From contig CALVNK010000002.1 of assembly GCA_944349615.1 (NCBI GenBank), positions 1 through 51,331 of the forward strand: DNA of 51,331 nt, written 5' to 3'. The DNA comes from an uncultured Clostridia bacterium. Lineage in GTDB: Bacteria; Bacillota; Clostridia; Christensenellales; UBA1242. The position numbers were made by a program, and so were the translations under genes. Each line of letters starts with the position of its first letter. The stretch's first letter is position 1. Under the pieces are notes generated by a model. That model made no database searches. It was not told the DNA's origin and saw only the letters and a program-made list of their open reading frames with translations. Of the stretch, positions 1 to 10,039 are shown in pieces.

Positions 1-1423
1 CCTTGCTTTCTGCCCCATACTTACTTTTAATAAATAAAACTACTAGCACAACAACACACTTAACCAAAAACCTTGAAAACACAAGTATAACAAGTGATAA
101 GAACATTGTACAGCCGAAAAATACAATCATCCCTAGTCCGTTTTGTACGCTCATTGCCTGCACTGGCATGGAGGAGTCAAATTTTATAATATCAAGTAAA
201 AATCCAATAATGAGAAGTGCTATTGAATTTGCAAGGTTATATGAAAATGTAAAATAACCAGTATACGCGCCTGCATTGTTTTCTCCTGTTTGATACATCT
301 CAAGTGTTACACAATCGGCATACATTGAAAAAGGCAAGCAGTACATAGCGCCTGCCCCAATTCCACAGAAAATAAGGCAGAATATGGCAATTATAAACAT
401 ATACTCGTTTGGTATATATTCTCTAAATAAAAATGTTATCACCGTCAAAAAAATGCCAAAAACTATGATTGATAAAGCAATAATCAGCGAGCGTTTTTTA
501 TCTATGCGGTTTGAAAGATATACCCACAAAGGCTGAGAGCAGATTGCACCGCCAAAAAGAGCAATCAATACAACAGATATTTGTGACGACGAAAAGTGAT
601 AACAATATGTGAATAGATGCATACCAACAGAAGTCAAAAATGCAGATGCAATTGTTGCGAATGAATAACCAAGTATGACCGTTCTAAAGTTCTTTTTCTT
701 AAGCACATTAAAATATCCGTTTAAAAGGCGCGAAAAACTAAATTTTTCTTTAGGCAATGCCATATTGTAAACATTGTTTTTGCGGACATACTTTAAAGTT
801 GAAAAAATTGCGATAAGACCAAAAATAATCAAAAGTGCCGAATTTATACATGCGATTTTGATATAGCCGTCCTGAGTATGCTGATTTTGTATACCAATTG
901 ATATTGATGGCATAAAGAAATACATTAAAATACTCGGCAAAATCATACCGATTATATTAAAAACAGTCTTAAAACCTTGAACTTTAGATTGCTCATTGTA
1001 ATCTGGAGCGATATCAATAGCAAGTGCGGCAAAAGGAGTACCAAAGCATGTGTTGGCACTTTCTATTGCAAGCATGCTTATAAGCAAATATAAAAATTTA
1101 CCCCCTTGCGATAGCGAGGACGGCATAGACCAAATACAGATGTTGATAAAAGCGATCACAAAGATGGCAAAAAACATAAATCCTAGTCTTTTACCAAAAA
1201 ATTTATTCTTGGTGTTGTCTGATAGGTAACCAACAAGCGGATCACTGACTCCATCCCAAAGTGAAGAAATGGCAATTGCAATGCCGACAAGTGAGCCAGA
1301 AATTCCCATGACAGCAGTCGCAAAGAACATAATAAAGTTATTCAATGTCTGTGACATCGAACTATAACCTAGCCCACCTATTCCATAGCATAATTTATTG
1401 TAAAACCTTAAATTTTTTCTCAC
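1..1423 (-). CDS. GPH-family (MelB/YicJ-like) glycoside:cation symporter, C-terminus cut by window edge
   Basis: Absent from the ORF track because there is no stop inside the window. My translation of the minus strand is open from GTG 1421-1423 to position 1: VRKNLRFYNKLCYGIGGLGY...SLWDGVSDPLVGYLSDNTKNKFFGKRLGF. This contains the D-x-x-D-P-x-x-G loop typical of GPH sugar symporters, plus roughly twelve hydrophobic segments. Confidence 0.75.
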   Translation of the reverse strand, partial: MRKNLRFYNKLCYGIGGLGYSSMSQTLNNFIMFFATAVMGISGSLVGIAIAISSLWDGVSDPLVGYLSDNTKNKFFGKRLGFMFFAIFVIAFINICIWSMPSSLSQGGKFLYLLISMLAIESANTCFGTPFAALAIDIAPDYNEQSKVQGFKTVFNIIGMILPSILMYFFMPSISIGIQNQHTQDGYIKIACINSALLIIFGLIAIFSTLKYVRKNNVYNMALPKEKFSFSRLLNGYFNVLKKKNFRTVILGYSFATIASAFLTSVGMHLFTYCYHFSSSQISVVLIALFGGAICSQPLWVYLSNRIDKKRSLIIALSIIVFGIFLTVITFLFREYIPNEYMFIIAIFCLIFCGIGAGAMYCLPFSMYADCVTLEMYQTGENNAGAYTGYFTFSYNLANSIALLIIGFLLDIIKFDSSMPVQAMSVQNGLGMIVFFGCTMFLSLVILVFSRFLVKCVVVLVVLFIKSKYGAESK

Positions 1424-1481
1424 TAAAATAAAATATGTGGACAAGCAATCAAATATACTTTAGAAAATTAAAAATGAAAAT

Positions 1482-1536
1482 AAAAAAAACAGGCATCTTT
1501 GAAGTGCACTCCCAAAGTGCATCTCACTTTTGCCTG
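1482..1536 (-). terminator. Rho-independent terminator
   Basis: On the minus strand: CAGGCA...TGCACT-TTGGG-AGTGCA...TGCCTG long imperfect hairpin followed by T8, 46 nt after the stop of 1582..2316. Confidence 0.65.
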
Positions 1537-1581
1537 CTGTAATGGTTTATAAATTTATCGATCTGCAAATATCGTTGAAAA

Positions 1582-2316
1582 TTACTCCTCTTCTTCATTT
1601 TCTGTTTCTACAGTTTCGCTGACATTTGGTGTTAATAACTTTTGAGCAATTTCTACACGCGAATAGTTGAAAAGAGCAAGTTCGTTTATATATCTATCGA
1701 TGACTTTTAATATTTCTTGATTTTCTTTTTCGTTCTGCTCTCCGATTGGAAGATGAAGAGTTACGCTAGGTTTTTCAACTTTTACATTAGAAACAACATC
1801 TTTATATTCTACATTCTCAAAATATATTTCTGCTCTATAACCTGTTCCACAAATAATCCTATACTTATCTGCTTTATTTGTAATTTCAATCTTAGGCATA
1901 GTCCTTTTAACAATGGAGTCAAGATCGACAGTAAACGCCGAAGAAAAAGCATTCTCAATGGCGGACGCAATGAAAAGTGAGAAATCTTTTGGTTGATCTT
2001 CTTTATCAATCTCACCTAGCACATATTTCTTGCTAGGTTTTTTTAATGCTCCTGGAAGATAACTTATTTTTCGTATTTTAAGTGCGACCTTATCATTTTC
2101 GCAGTCTTTTGAAAGCACGATACCAGAATTTGAAAGCATATTATCGGCAACATCATAGGTAATCTCTTTCGCATTATATTTTCCTACATATTCCAGCCTA
2201 TAATATTTTAAATGACTATCAAATTTCTTTTTAATCTCTTTAAAGGTAGCAAAACCTAGAAGCATAAAGTGATAGGTCGTGAAATTTTCTTTTTCAAGTT
2301 TATTGAGTTTTTTCAT
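1582..2316 (-). CDS. Hypothetical protein (244 aa)
   Basis: Track ORF 1582..2343. Start moved to ATG 2314-2316 (MKKLNKLEKE) behind AAAAGGGGG. No motif I can name. Acidic C-terminal tail ETENEEEE. Confidence 0.6.
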   Translation of the reverse strand: MKKLNKLEKENFTTYHFMLLGFATFKEIKKKFDSHLKYYRLEYVGKYNAKEITYDVADNMLSNSGIVLSKDCENDKVALKIRKISYLPGALKKPSKKYVLGEIDKEDQPKDFSLFIASAIENAFSSAFTVDLDSIVKRTMPKIEITNKADKYRIICGTGYRAEIYFENVEYKDVVSNVKVEKPSVTLHLPIGEQNEKENQEILKVIDRYINELALFNYSRVEIAQKLLTPNVSETVETENEEEE

Positions 2317-2456
2317 ACGCCCCCTTTTCTTTATATTGTACAATTTTTACATTGAAAAATCAAACAATTGCAAGTATTTTTTATCTTTTACAATAATTTT
2401 GCTAAAAAAAGAATATTTAAATCAAAAAAGAAAATGATAAAATAAAGGAGATATTT

Positions 2457-3053
2457 ATGGAGTTTAATGAAAGCAAAACAAAGGAAAATATAGCGCGTGC
2501 ATTTGCTGGACTATGTCAAGATGGTGCAAGATATCAATTTATATCTAAAAGTGCAATGAGCGAAGGTTTCGTTTTTATAAGCGACTATCTAAAGACAATT
2601 GCAAAGCATAAGATGGCACATGCGTCTATCCTCTATCAAATCATGCTGGAAGAAAGTGGAAAAACTAAAGATAATGTTGAGATAAATGCAGGATATCCGT
2701 TTGAAAATTACATTCTCAAAACCTCACTGCAAGACTCAAGTGATATTGAAAGGTATGAAGGAGAAAATCTATATTCTTATTTTTCATCCATTGCAAAAGA
2801 TGAAGGCTACAGCGAAATAGCCAAAAAATTTGAATATATGGCAGAAATCTATTCATCCTTTGCTCGCAATTTAAATACGCTTGCAACCCTTTTTGACGAC
2901 AATAAATTGTATACAAATAAAAATAAAATAAAATGGCATTGCACAAATTGCGGATATGATCATTTCAGCACAACTGCACCTAAAACCTGTCCACTTTGCT
3001 GTTATCCTCAAGGATATTATAAGATAGAGATTGACGAAGAAAAAAGAAAATAA
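2457..3053 (+). CDS. rbr: Rubrerythrin (ferritin-like domain plus C-terminal rubredoxin-like CxxC..CxxC)
   Basis: RBS AAAGGAG. N-terminal TKENIARAFAGLCQDGARYQF ferritin-like helices. C-terminal WHCTNCGY...CPLCCYP four-Cys site. Confidence 0.85.
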   Translation: MEFNESKTKENIARAFAGLCQDGARYQFISKSAMSEGFVFISDYLKTIAKHKMAHASILYQIMLEESGKTKDNVEINAGYPFENYILKTSLQDSSDIERYEGENLYSYFSSIAKDEGYSEIAKKFEYMAEIYSSFARNLNTLATLFDDNKLYTNKNKIKWHCTNCGYDHFSTTAPKTCPLCCYPQGYYKIEIDEEKRK

Positions 3054-3061
3054 AAATATAC

Positions 3062-3099
3062 AAAAAAACTTTGGTATAAATATTGTACCAAAGTTTTTT
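3062..3099. terminator. Bidirectional rho-independent terminator between rbr and hup
   Basis: AAAAAAACTTTGGTA-TAAATAT-TGTACCAAAGTTTTTT: hairpin flanked by an A-run and a T-run, between convergent genes. Confidence 0.75.
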
Positions 3100-3121
3100 A
3101 ATCTAACAAATAATTAAACAA

Positions 3122-3397
3122 TTAAGAGTTAACGTTGTTTTTGAAGCTGTCGCCAAACTTGAAATTTGGAACATTGCTTGCAGGAATTTTGACCTTTTCT
3201 TTTGTCATAGGATTGATACCTTCTCTAGCTGCTCTCTTTTTCATCTCAAAAGTACCAAATCCAGCGATCTGTATTTTTTCTCCTCCTCTTAATACATCCG
3301 CGATGGTTTCAACCATTGCATCAAAAGCAATACCTGCATCCTTTTGAGTAAATTGTGCCTTGTCTGCAAAGGCTTTGATAAATTGTTGTTTATTCAT
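3122..3397 (-). CDS. hup: HU family DNA-binding protein
   Basis: 91 aa. MNKQQFIKAFADKA...GEKIQIAGFGTFEMKKRAAREGINPMTKEKVKIPASNVPNFKFG matches the HU/IHF fold signature (GFGxF, R-x-G-R/I-NP). RBS AAGGAGA. Confidence 0.92.
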   Translation of the reverse strand: MNKQQFIKAFADKAQFTQKDAGIAFDAMVETIADVLRGGEKIQIAGFGTFEMKKRAAREGINPMTKEKVKIPASNVPNFKFGDSFKNNVNS

Positions 3398-3492
3398 TAT
3401 CTATAATCTCCTTTTTTAAATTGACTTAACGCCTATTATTATTCTAGCATATTCAATTCTATTTTCAAAACAAATTTAGCAATTTTCAAAAT

Positions 3493-4401
3493 TTAGATAG
3501 GGAATGAAAAATATGCTAGAAGTTCTTTCCATAATAATTCTACTATCCCACCTAAATAATTAAGATATCCCTTAATCCCTGAGTTGTTGCCGATGACATC
3601 ATGGACAATTGACACAACTTTCCCCACAATATGATCCACATCTCTTGTACCGGTCACTCGTGCGTCTGTACTTCCTGTACGATTATCGCCCATAAAAAAG
3701 ACTTGATCTGGATCTTCTTCAGTTTTATCCTGTCCTATTTGAAAGAATTGTGCTTGATAAGTAATATTATTATAATTAAATTGTAAAATCTTACAGTTAT
3801 TTGGTTGAATAAAATTAACAAAAAATGAAGGCTCATATTGCATTTCGCTTTCTACTATTAAACTGCCATTTTCAATTTTCCCAGTCTGAGCGCCTTGGTA
3901 ACCTTGCAAAAGAGACCATTCTTGGTAACTTGATATATAGTCTTCTTGCAATATTTCTACAATATTAGAGCCTGATTTCTGTCTTAAAGTTCTATATTGC
4001 CACTCTATCTGTCCATTTTCTTGAGTAATTGGCAACTTGACTATCGTCACATGGTCGCCTTCTTTAGCAATCACTCGTTTAATTATCGAGTAATCTTCGT
4101 CGCCTTGCTCCGGGACACTTAATACAAAAATGTCACCATAATCTACATCTTGAGTATACTTAATAAATACTGCATCTTGAAATGATCCTCTTCCTTGTAT
4201 ATATATAGGATCTGAATTTAGAGTTGGTTGCATGGAGGTGCCTTGAATAGTAACATAACCAAATGTGCTATCAAATGCAATACCAAAAATTAGTATAAAT
4301 AAAAAAATAAATAAGACTGCATAAATGAACCTATTAAAAATTCTATAGGATAATTTATTTTCCTTCTCTATTTGGTAATAAGTATACAACGGTTCGTTCA
4401 A
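3493..4401 (-). CDS. lepB: Signal peptidase I (S26), unusually long with an internal insertion
   Basis: Boxes GTSMQPTL, IKRVIAKEGD and GDNRTGSTDAR. N-terminal TM anchor FIYAVLFIFLFILIFGIAF. Start is TTG 4399-4401 behind AAAGGAG and overlaps the queH stop (TTGA). Confidence 0.85.
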   Translation of the reverse strand: MNEPLYTYYQIEKENKLSYRIFNRFIYAVLFIFLFILIFGIAFDSTFGYVTIQGTSMQPTLNSDPIYIQGRGSFQDAVFIKYTQDVDYGDIFVLSVPEQGDEDYSIIKRVIAKEGDHVTIVKLPITQENGQIEWQYRTLRQKSGSNIVEILQEDYISSYQEWSLLQGYQGAQTGKIENGSLIVESEMQYEPSFFVNFIQPNNCKILQFNYNNITYQAQFFQIGQDKTEEDPDQVFFMGDNRTGSTDARVTGTRDVDHIVGKVVSIVHDVIGNNSGIKGYLNYLGGIVELLWKELLAYFSFPI

Positions 4402-4943
4402 ATTTCACTCCTTTCTCTCTTTGAGAATTTGCAACCGCAATAGTTTTGTCTGTATAGATTGTACTGTCTTGACAATTCTATGCTTCTTTTATATCCATCT
4501 TTCTTTTTAAAATTGGCTTCTAAATATTCAATACCAACCTCATTTGCAACGGATTTTCCGATTTCATTTAAAATTTCCGCATTCTTATAAGGACTTACCG
4601 AAAGCGTTGTTGTGAAAATATCAAATCCAAGTTCCTTTGCTTTTTCTGCTGTTTTTTTAAGGCGCAATTTAAAACAAACAGGACATCTTGCACCGCCTTC
4701 TTTTTCATTTTCCAGTCCTTTGACTTGTGACAAAAATTGATTTTCGTCATACCCGTCTTCGATTACATCTATATTTTTCTCTTTGCAATAACGCTTTTCT
4801 TCTTCTAGCCTATGATAAAACTCGACGCTACTATCTATATTAGGATTATAATAATATATAGTAATATTATAATCATTAATTAATCTCTCTATGACAGCAG
4901 TGCTACAAGGCGCGCAACATGAATGCAATAATAGTTTTTTCAT
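4398..4943 (-). CDS. queH: Epoxyqueuosine reductase QueH (DUF208)
   Basis: LLLHSCCAPCS at the N-terminus and YRQNYCGCKFS at the C-terminus are the characteristic QueH cysteine motifs. 181 aa. Confidence 0.85.
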   Translation of the reverse strand: MKKLLLHSCCAPCSTAVIERLINDYNITIYYYNPNIDSSVEFYHRLEEEKRYCKEKNIDVIEDGYDENQFLSQVKGLENEKEGGARCPVCFKLRLKKTAEKAKELGFDIFTTTLSVSPYKNAEILNEIGKSVANEVGIEYLEANFKKKDGYKRSIELSRQYNLYRQNYCGCKFSKRERSEI

Positions 4944-5404
4944 TCTACCGTCCTTAAAATCTCGATTAAGTCATTAAAAAGAGTGCTTTCTTCTGATAAT
5001 TTTTTCAAATCTTCGTCAAATTTATTTAGAGTTATCATAAAGCAAGCAAGGCAATCGCCACAATTTACAAAGACCTGTATGTTATAAATCACCTTTTCAC
5101 TGAAACCTTTAATAACATACATAGGAAAATTAAAGCCGTTCAGTTTTATTACAAATTGGTCTTGATATTGAAATTTGTCTGTGAGAGTATTATATTTTTT
5201 AATTAGATTTTGATATCCTGCAAAAAACTCGTCTGGATCTCTATGCACTTCAAAGAGTGAAATCACTCTTCCATCATCAGAAAGATAGTTTTCTTTATTG
5301 ATAAAACCCTGACCATTCATTATATTATATCTATCCTTAGTCAAATGCCAACCTTCTGGCAAGGTAAAGGACATCTCATTCAGCGTATCGATGACTCTTC
5401 GCAT
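4940..5404 (-). CDS. Hypothetical protein (154 aa)
   Basis: Track ORF 4940..5449. Start moved to ATG 5402-5404 (MRRVIDTL) behind AAAGGAGAAG. Overlaps the queH start by 4 nt, so likely in an operon with queH-lepB. Confidence 0.6.
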   Translation of the reverse strand: MRRVIDTLNEMSFTLPEGWHLTKDRYNIMNGQGFINKENYLSDDGRVISLFEVHRDPDEFFAGYQNLIKKYNTLTDKFQYQDQFVIKLNGFNFPMYVIKGFSEKVIYNIQVFVNCGDCLACFMITLNKFDEDLKKLSEESTLFNDLIEILRTVE

Positions 5405-5556
5405 ATCTTCTCCTTTTGTAAGTATAAGACGCTTGAAAAAAAAAGTCAACTAATGCAATGACTTTTCATATTTTTAATCTATAAAATATATATCTAACTA
5501 ATCTCTACAAAAACCAACTATCTCTTTCATTTAAGGCATAGATAGCTTTGATACAT

Positions 5557-5895
5557 CTAGTAAGCCGAATTAATTGCATACATCATCATATCGTTGACAT
5601 TGTTGTTTGTAAGATAGTAGATAAGAATTTTGCCTTCCCTTCTATATGCTACAATATTTTGATCCTTTAGTTGCTTTAACTGATGTGATATAGTCGTTTG
5701 ATTAATATTTAATATCGCAGATAAGTCATTGACACACATGCTTGTCATTGAAAGACAAGTCAATATCTTAATGCGAGTGGAATCAGAAAAATTTTGAAAG
5801 TAATCAGCAAGTTTAGATATATCTCGCTCTCTTGGCATACTCTCTAGTATAGTTTGTTTGTTTCTCTCCGATAATAATAAAAATTTATTTTGCAT
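5557..5895 (-). CDS. ArsR/SmtB-family winged-helix transcriptional regulator
   Basis: FSDSTRIKILTCLS..MCVNDLSAILNINQTTISHQLKQLKDQNIVAYRREGKILIYYL. Start moved to ATG 5893-5895 (MQNKF) behind AGGAGAG. Confidence 0.85.
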   Translation of the reverse strand: MQNKFLLLSERNKQTILESMPRERDISKLADYFQNFSDSTRIKILTCLSMTSMCVNDLSAILNINQTTISHQLKQLKDQNIVAYRREGKILIYYLTNNNVNDMMMYAINSAY

Positions 5896-6071
5896 TTTTT
5901 CTCTCCTTTTGTTAACAATTTTTTTTCTTTTTTCATAAATATTTATGTAATCACTTTCAAGGTTGCACATATTTTACTACATTATATTTTTACTACTACA
6001 TAAGATAAATTGCAAAAGAGAAAATTATCGAATTTTGTATAATTTTAGATTTTTTTGTTTAAGGGGGTAAC

Positions 6072-6272
6072 ATGAACAATACAACACAATATATTTTATT
6101 CGTTCTTCTATTGTCAGTCATAACAAATGCAACTGACACAAATCTCAATACTAATACAAACTTCTTGCTTCTTCTGCTTTTAGCACTTAATGGTCAAAAT
6201 TATAATAACAATAATTGTTGGGGCTGTGGACAAAATACTTGTCCAGGACAAAATAACGGGCTATTCTTTTAA
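6072..6272 (+). CDS. Small hydrophobic Asn-rich peptide with C-terminal CWGCGQNTC motif (66 aa)
   Basis: Strong RBS TAAGGGGG 5 nt before the ATG. Divergent from the ArsR gene. Followed by three stacked hairpins. Two Leu-rich segments, then NNNNCWGCGQNTCPGQNNG. Confidence 0.55.
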   Translation: MNNTTQYILFVLLLSVITNATDTNLNTNTNFLLLLLLALNGQNYNNNNCWGCGQNTCPGQNNGLFF

Positions 6273-6303
6273 TTGTTAAGTTTGCTATCATCGACAGGAA
6301 AAC

Positions 6304-6378
6304 GGCTGTCTTTCTAAGACAGCCCAAAGGGCAAAAAGCCCTTTAAATTTTGCTTTTGCAAAAGCAAAATTTTGTTTT
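6304..6378 (+). terminator. Three consecutive hairpins; terminator cluster
   Basis: GGCTGTCTT-TCTA-AGACAGCC, then AAAGGGC-AAAAA-GCCCTTT, then the palindrome TTTTGCTTTTGCAAAAGCAAAA followed by TTTTGTTTT. Confidence 0.6.
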
Positions 6379-6568
6379 CATGTATTTTTTTATTGAAATT
6401 ATCAATCAAATTTAATGAAAAAATATAAAATAAATTAAAATTATTAAAATTTTTTAAAAAAAATAAAAAAAATATGTAAAAATGTTTTGAATATATATTT
6501 TTTTATGCTATTATAAACTTAACGAAAAAGCAAAAAGCTTTTAATTTTAATAAGGGGGATATAATATT

Positions 6569-6940
6569 ATGATGTCTTTATTAAATGTTGCTTGGAGTTG
6601 GACTGAATTTTTTCAAGGCCGAAATGTTGGCGGAGATGGTAGTAAAGAAGTACTAGAAGAGGTTTTTGGAATTATATCTATTGTTCTTTGGGTTGCTTTA
6701 GGTATTGTAGGTGCTGTCGGTGCGGTTTATGCCATCTATCTTGGCTTTCAACTTGCAAGAGCAGACGAACAAGGTAAGCGTGATGACGCTAAAAAACACT
6801 TGATTACAGTTGTTATTGCAATTGGTGTAACTGTTGCACTTGTACTTATATTCAACACATTTATGCCAGCCCTTATCTCTGCATTTGTTCAGCCTGAATC
6901 AGTTAATTTCGGTGAACAGTCATCACCACAAATACCTTAG
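6569..6940 (+). CDS. Small two-TM membrane protein, paralog 1 (VirB2/TrbC-pilin-like topology)
   Basis: RBS TAAGGGGG. Hydrophobic helix IISIVLWVALGIVGAVGAVYAIYLGFQL, charged loop ARADEQGKRDDAKKH, second helix LITVVIAIGVTVALVLIFN. Aligns along its length with 7335..7736. The function is inference only. Confidence 0.6.
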   Translation: MMSLLNVAWSWTEFFQGRNVGGDGSKEVLEEVFGIISIVLWVALGIVGAVGAVYAIYLGFQLARADEQGKRDDAKKHLITVVIAIGVTVALVLIFNTFMPALISAFVQPESVNFGEQSSPQIP

Positions 6941-7003
6941 CCACTGGTTTTATTCACTTGTTTAGATAAATAACTTGATTTTAAACTACTAAAATTTCAA
7001 CTC

Positions 7004-7041
7004 AAAGACAAATAACTTATGAATGGTTATTTGTCTTTTTT
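7004..7041 (+). terminator. Rho-independent terminator
   Basis: AAAGACAAATAAC-TTATGAATG-GTTATTTGTCTTT followed by TTT. Confidence 0.75.
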
Positions 7042-7334
7042 AATAATTTGATTTATTTTCTAAATTCTCATTAGGATTTTTTATTTGTCAGAAAAGAGCA
7101 ACAATCTTGTTGTTTTTAGCAAACCTAAAGTTTTTTCAAATGTTAACGCCACACTTTATTGTGGATTTTTGTGGACAGTAAACTTATTATGCAGGCTACG
7201 TTGAGCAAAACAATATCGCGTGAATTTGTTTATCCTATATGTTTCGTAGAAAAATATATTTTATTTCTTTTTTTTAAATTAATTTTCTTGCATATTTTTT
7301 TATAATATGCTAAAATTGAGCATAGGAGAGAGAA

Positions 7335-7736
7335 ATGGCATTTATTTCTTTGCTTGGTTATTATTATAGTGGTGGTTTTGCATGGCTAACTGATGTTTAT
7401 AATGTCTTGCCACCTATTTTGTATTCTATTCTTGCAGTAGTTGGTGCTGCAGGCACTGTTTATTCTATAGTATTAGGTGTCAACCTTGCAAAAAGTGAAA
7501 ACGATGAAAAACGAAAATCAGCAATTTCTAGATTACGTAATACAATAATTGGTATCGGCGTATTATTAGTGCTTGTATTGATAATAAATTTAGGCATACC
7601 TGCCATACTTCATGCCGCATTCCCTGAATATATTACAAAAACACCACCTGCAACAAATACAGAAGAAAATACAGGTGCATCAACTCAGGCATTATCTATC
7701 ATGTTCAATACGGTAAGATATTTAGTTCACCTATAA
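7335..7736 (+). CDS. Small two-TM membrane protein, paralog 2 (VirB2/TrbC-pilin-like topology)
   Basis: RBS TAGGAGAGAG. ILYSILAVVGAAGTVYSIVLGVNLAKSENDEKRKSAISRLRNTIIGIGVLLVLVLIINL parallels paralog 1. Has its own promoter-like TTGCAT-17-TAAAAT and its own terminator. Confidence 0.6.
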   Translation: MAFISLLGYYYSGGFAWLTDVYNVLPPILYSILAVVGAAGTVYSIVLGVNLAKSENDEKRKSAISRLRNTIIGIGVLLVLVLIINLGIPAILHAAFPEYITKTPPATNTEENTGASTQALSIMFNTVRYLVHL

Positions 7737-7756
7737 TCACATCACAATAATTAAAT

Positions 7757-7794
7757 AACACCTTTAAAATATAAAATTTAAAGGTGTTTTTTAT
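7757..7794 (+). terminator. Rho-independent terminator
   Basis: AACACCTTTAAA-loop-TTTAAAGGTGTT followed by TTTTT. Confidence 0.75.
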
Positions 7795-7865
7795 TGAGTG
7801 AAGTTTAAATTATGGTAGCAAACATCTCTATTAAAATCATATAAAAATTGTGTAAGGAGAAATCT

Positions 7866-8294
7866 ATGCGCAAGTTTTTTTGTTATTACAATAATTTAAC
7901 TGAAAAGCAGGAATTAAGACTGCAGAAATCACCATTTACAAGTACTAGAATTTTGTCTAGTAATCAAAGCACGATGCTTTCTGAAATTCAAGCAATATTG
8001 CAACAGATATACAACGATCTAATTACAATCAAAGAGAAGATCACAGATGAAAATATTTTAAAGAAAATTGACGAAAGTGAGTTATTGTTATCCAACCTAT
8101 ACTATTCTCTCTTTTCTTCGCCACTAGAACTGGTGTCGCCATCGCAAGAAAATATAACTGCAAAGGATCTCGCGATAAGACTTGTTGACAACGCAATAAG
8201 GCTTGTTGAAAAAATAGATATACCTGAGTACAATAGGCTTGCCTCGCTACTAAAAAACAACTTTGACTCAATACATAACAACATAAAACCTTAG
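7866..8294 (+). CDS. Hypothetical helical protein (142 aa)
   Basis: Track ORF 7848..8294. Start moved to ATG 7866-7868 (MRKFF) behind AAGGAGA. No recognisable motif. Confidence 0.55.
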   Translation: MRKFFCYYNNLTEKQELRLQKSPFTSTRILSSNQSTMLSEIQAILQQIYNDLITIKEKITDENILKKIDESELLLSNLYYSLFSSPLELVSPSQENITAKDLAIRLVDNAIRLVEKIDIPEYNRLASLLKNNFDSIHNNIKP

Positions 8295-8563
8295 TTTAAC
8301 AGTAATAAATAAAGCAGAATGAATGAAAAATAAAAAATTACATAATAAATTAATTGCTTGCAAATTCGCCTTGTTTAATAGAAACATTTCAATATTAAGT
8401 TGCATATTATGAGAATGAAACCAAATATATGCATTTTCCGTGAAAATCTACTATGAATTTAGAAGTCAATCTAAAAATCAAAAGACCATAATGGAAAATA
8501 AAAAATTTGTTATTTAAATAAAATACTCCCTTTTAGTCTTTTCAAATGCATATATGGTTTTAA

Positions 8564-9982
<1,419 letters not shown>

Positions 9983-9996
9983 GTAAATTTACAGAT

Positions 9997-10035
9997 AAAA
10001 AAGAAGGTTGTCTTGTGACATCCTTCTCTTTTTCA
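9997..10035. terminator. Bidirectional rho-independent terminator
   Basis: AAAAAAGAAGGTTGTC-TTGT-GACATCCTTCTCTTTTT between convergent genes. Confidence 0.7.
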
Positions 10036-10039
10036 TTTT

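Noticed and set aside
3-257. The 84-aa plus-strand ORF at the window start.
   Set aside because: It is antisense to the well-supported GPH symporter CDS, has a TTG start without an RBS, and has low-complexity content.
7140-7250. A replication origin. The evidence considered: DnaA-box-like TGTGGATTT, TGTGGACAG and TTATCCTAT here; TTATCTACA at 41401-41409 inside a ~330-bp extremely AT-rich spacer; origin-proximal-type genes (ychF, gyrB); and core genes diverging in orientation around 33.3-41.5 kb.
   Set aside because: Each box is isolated or carries 1-3 mismatches. There is no cluster of consensus boxes and no dnaA/dnaN, and gene orientation elsewhere in the window is mixed. It needs a cumulative GC-skew and Ori-Finder-type analysis of the whole genome; it is not supportable from this window.
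6569-7736. A conjugative element or type IV secretion locus, inferred from the VirB2-like small proteins.
   Set aside because: No VirB4/VirD4 ATPase, relaxase, VirB6-like or peptidoglycan hydrolase genes are present. The flanks are housekeeping or surface-protein genes.
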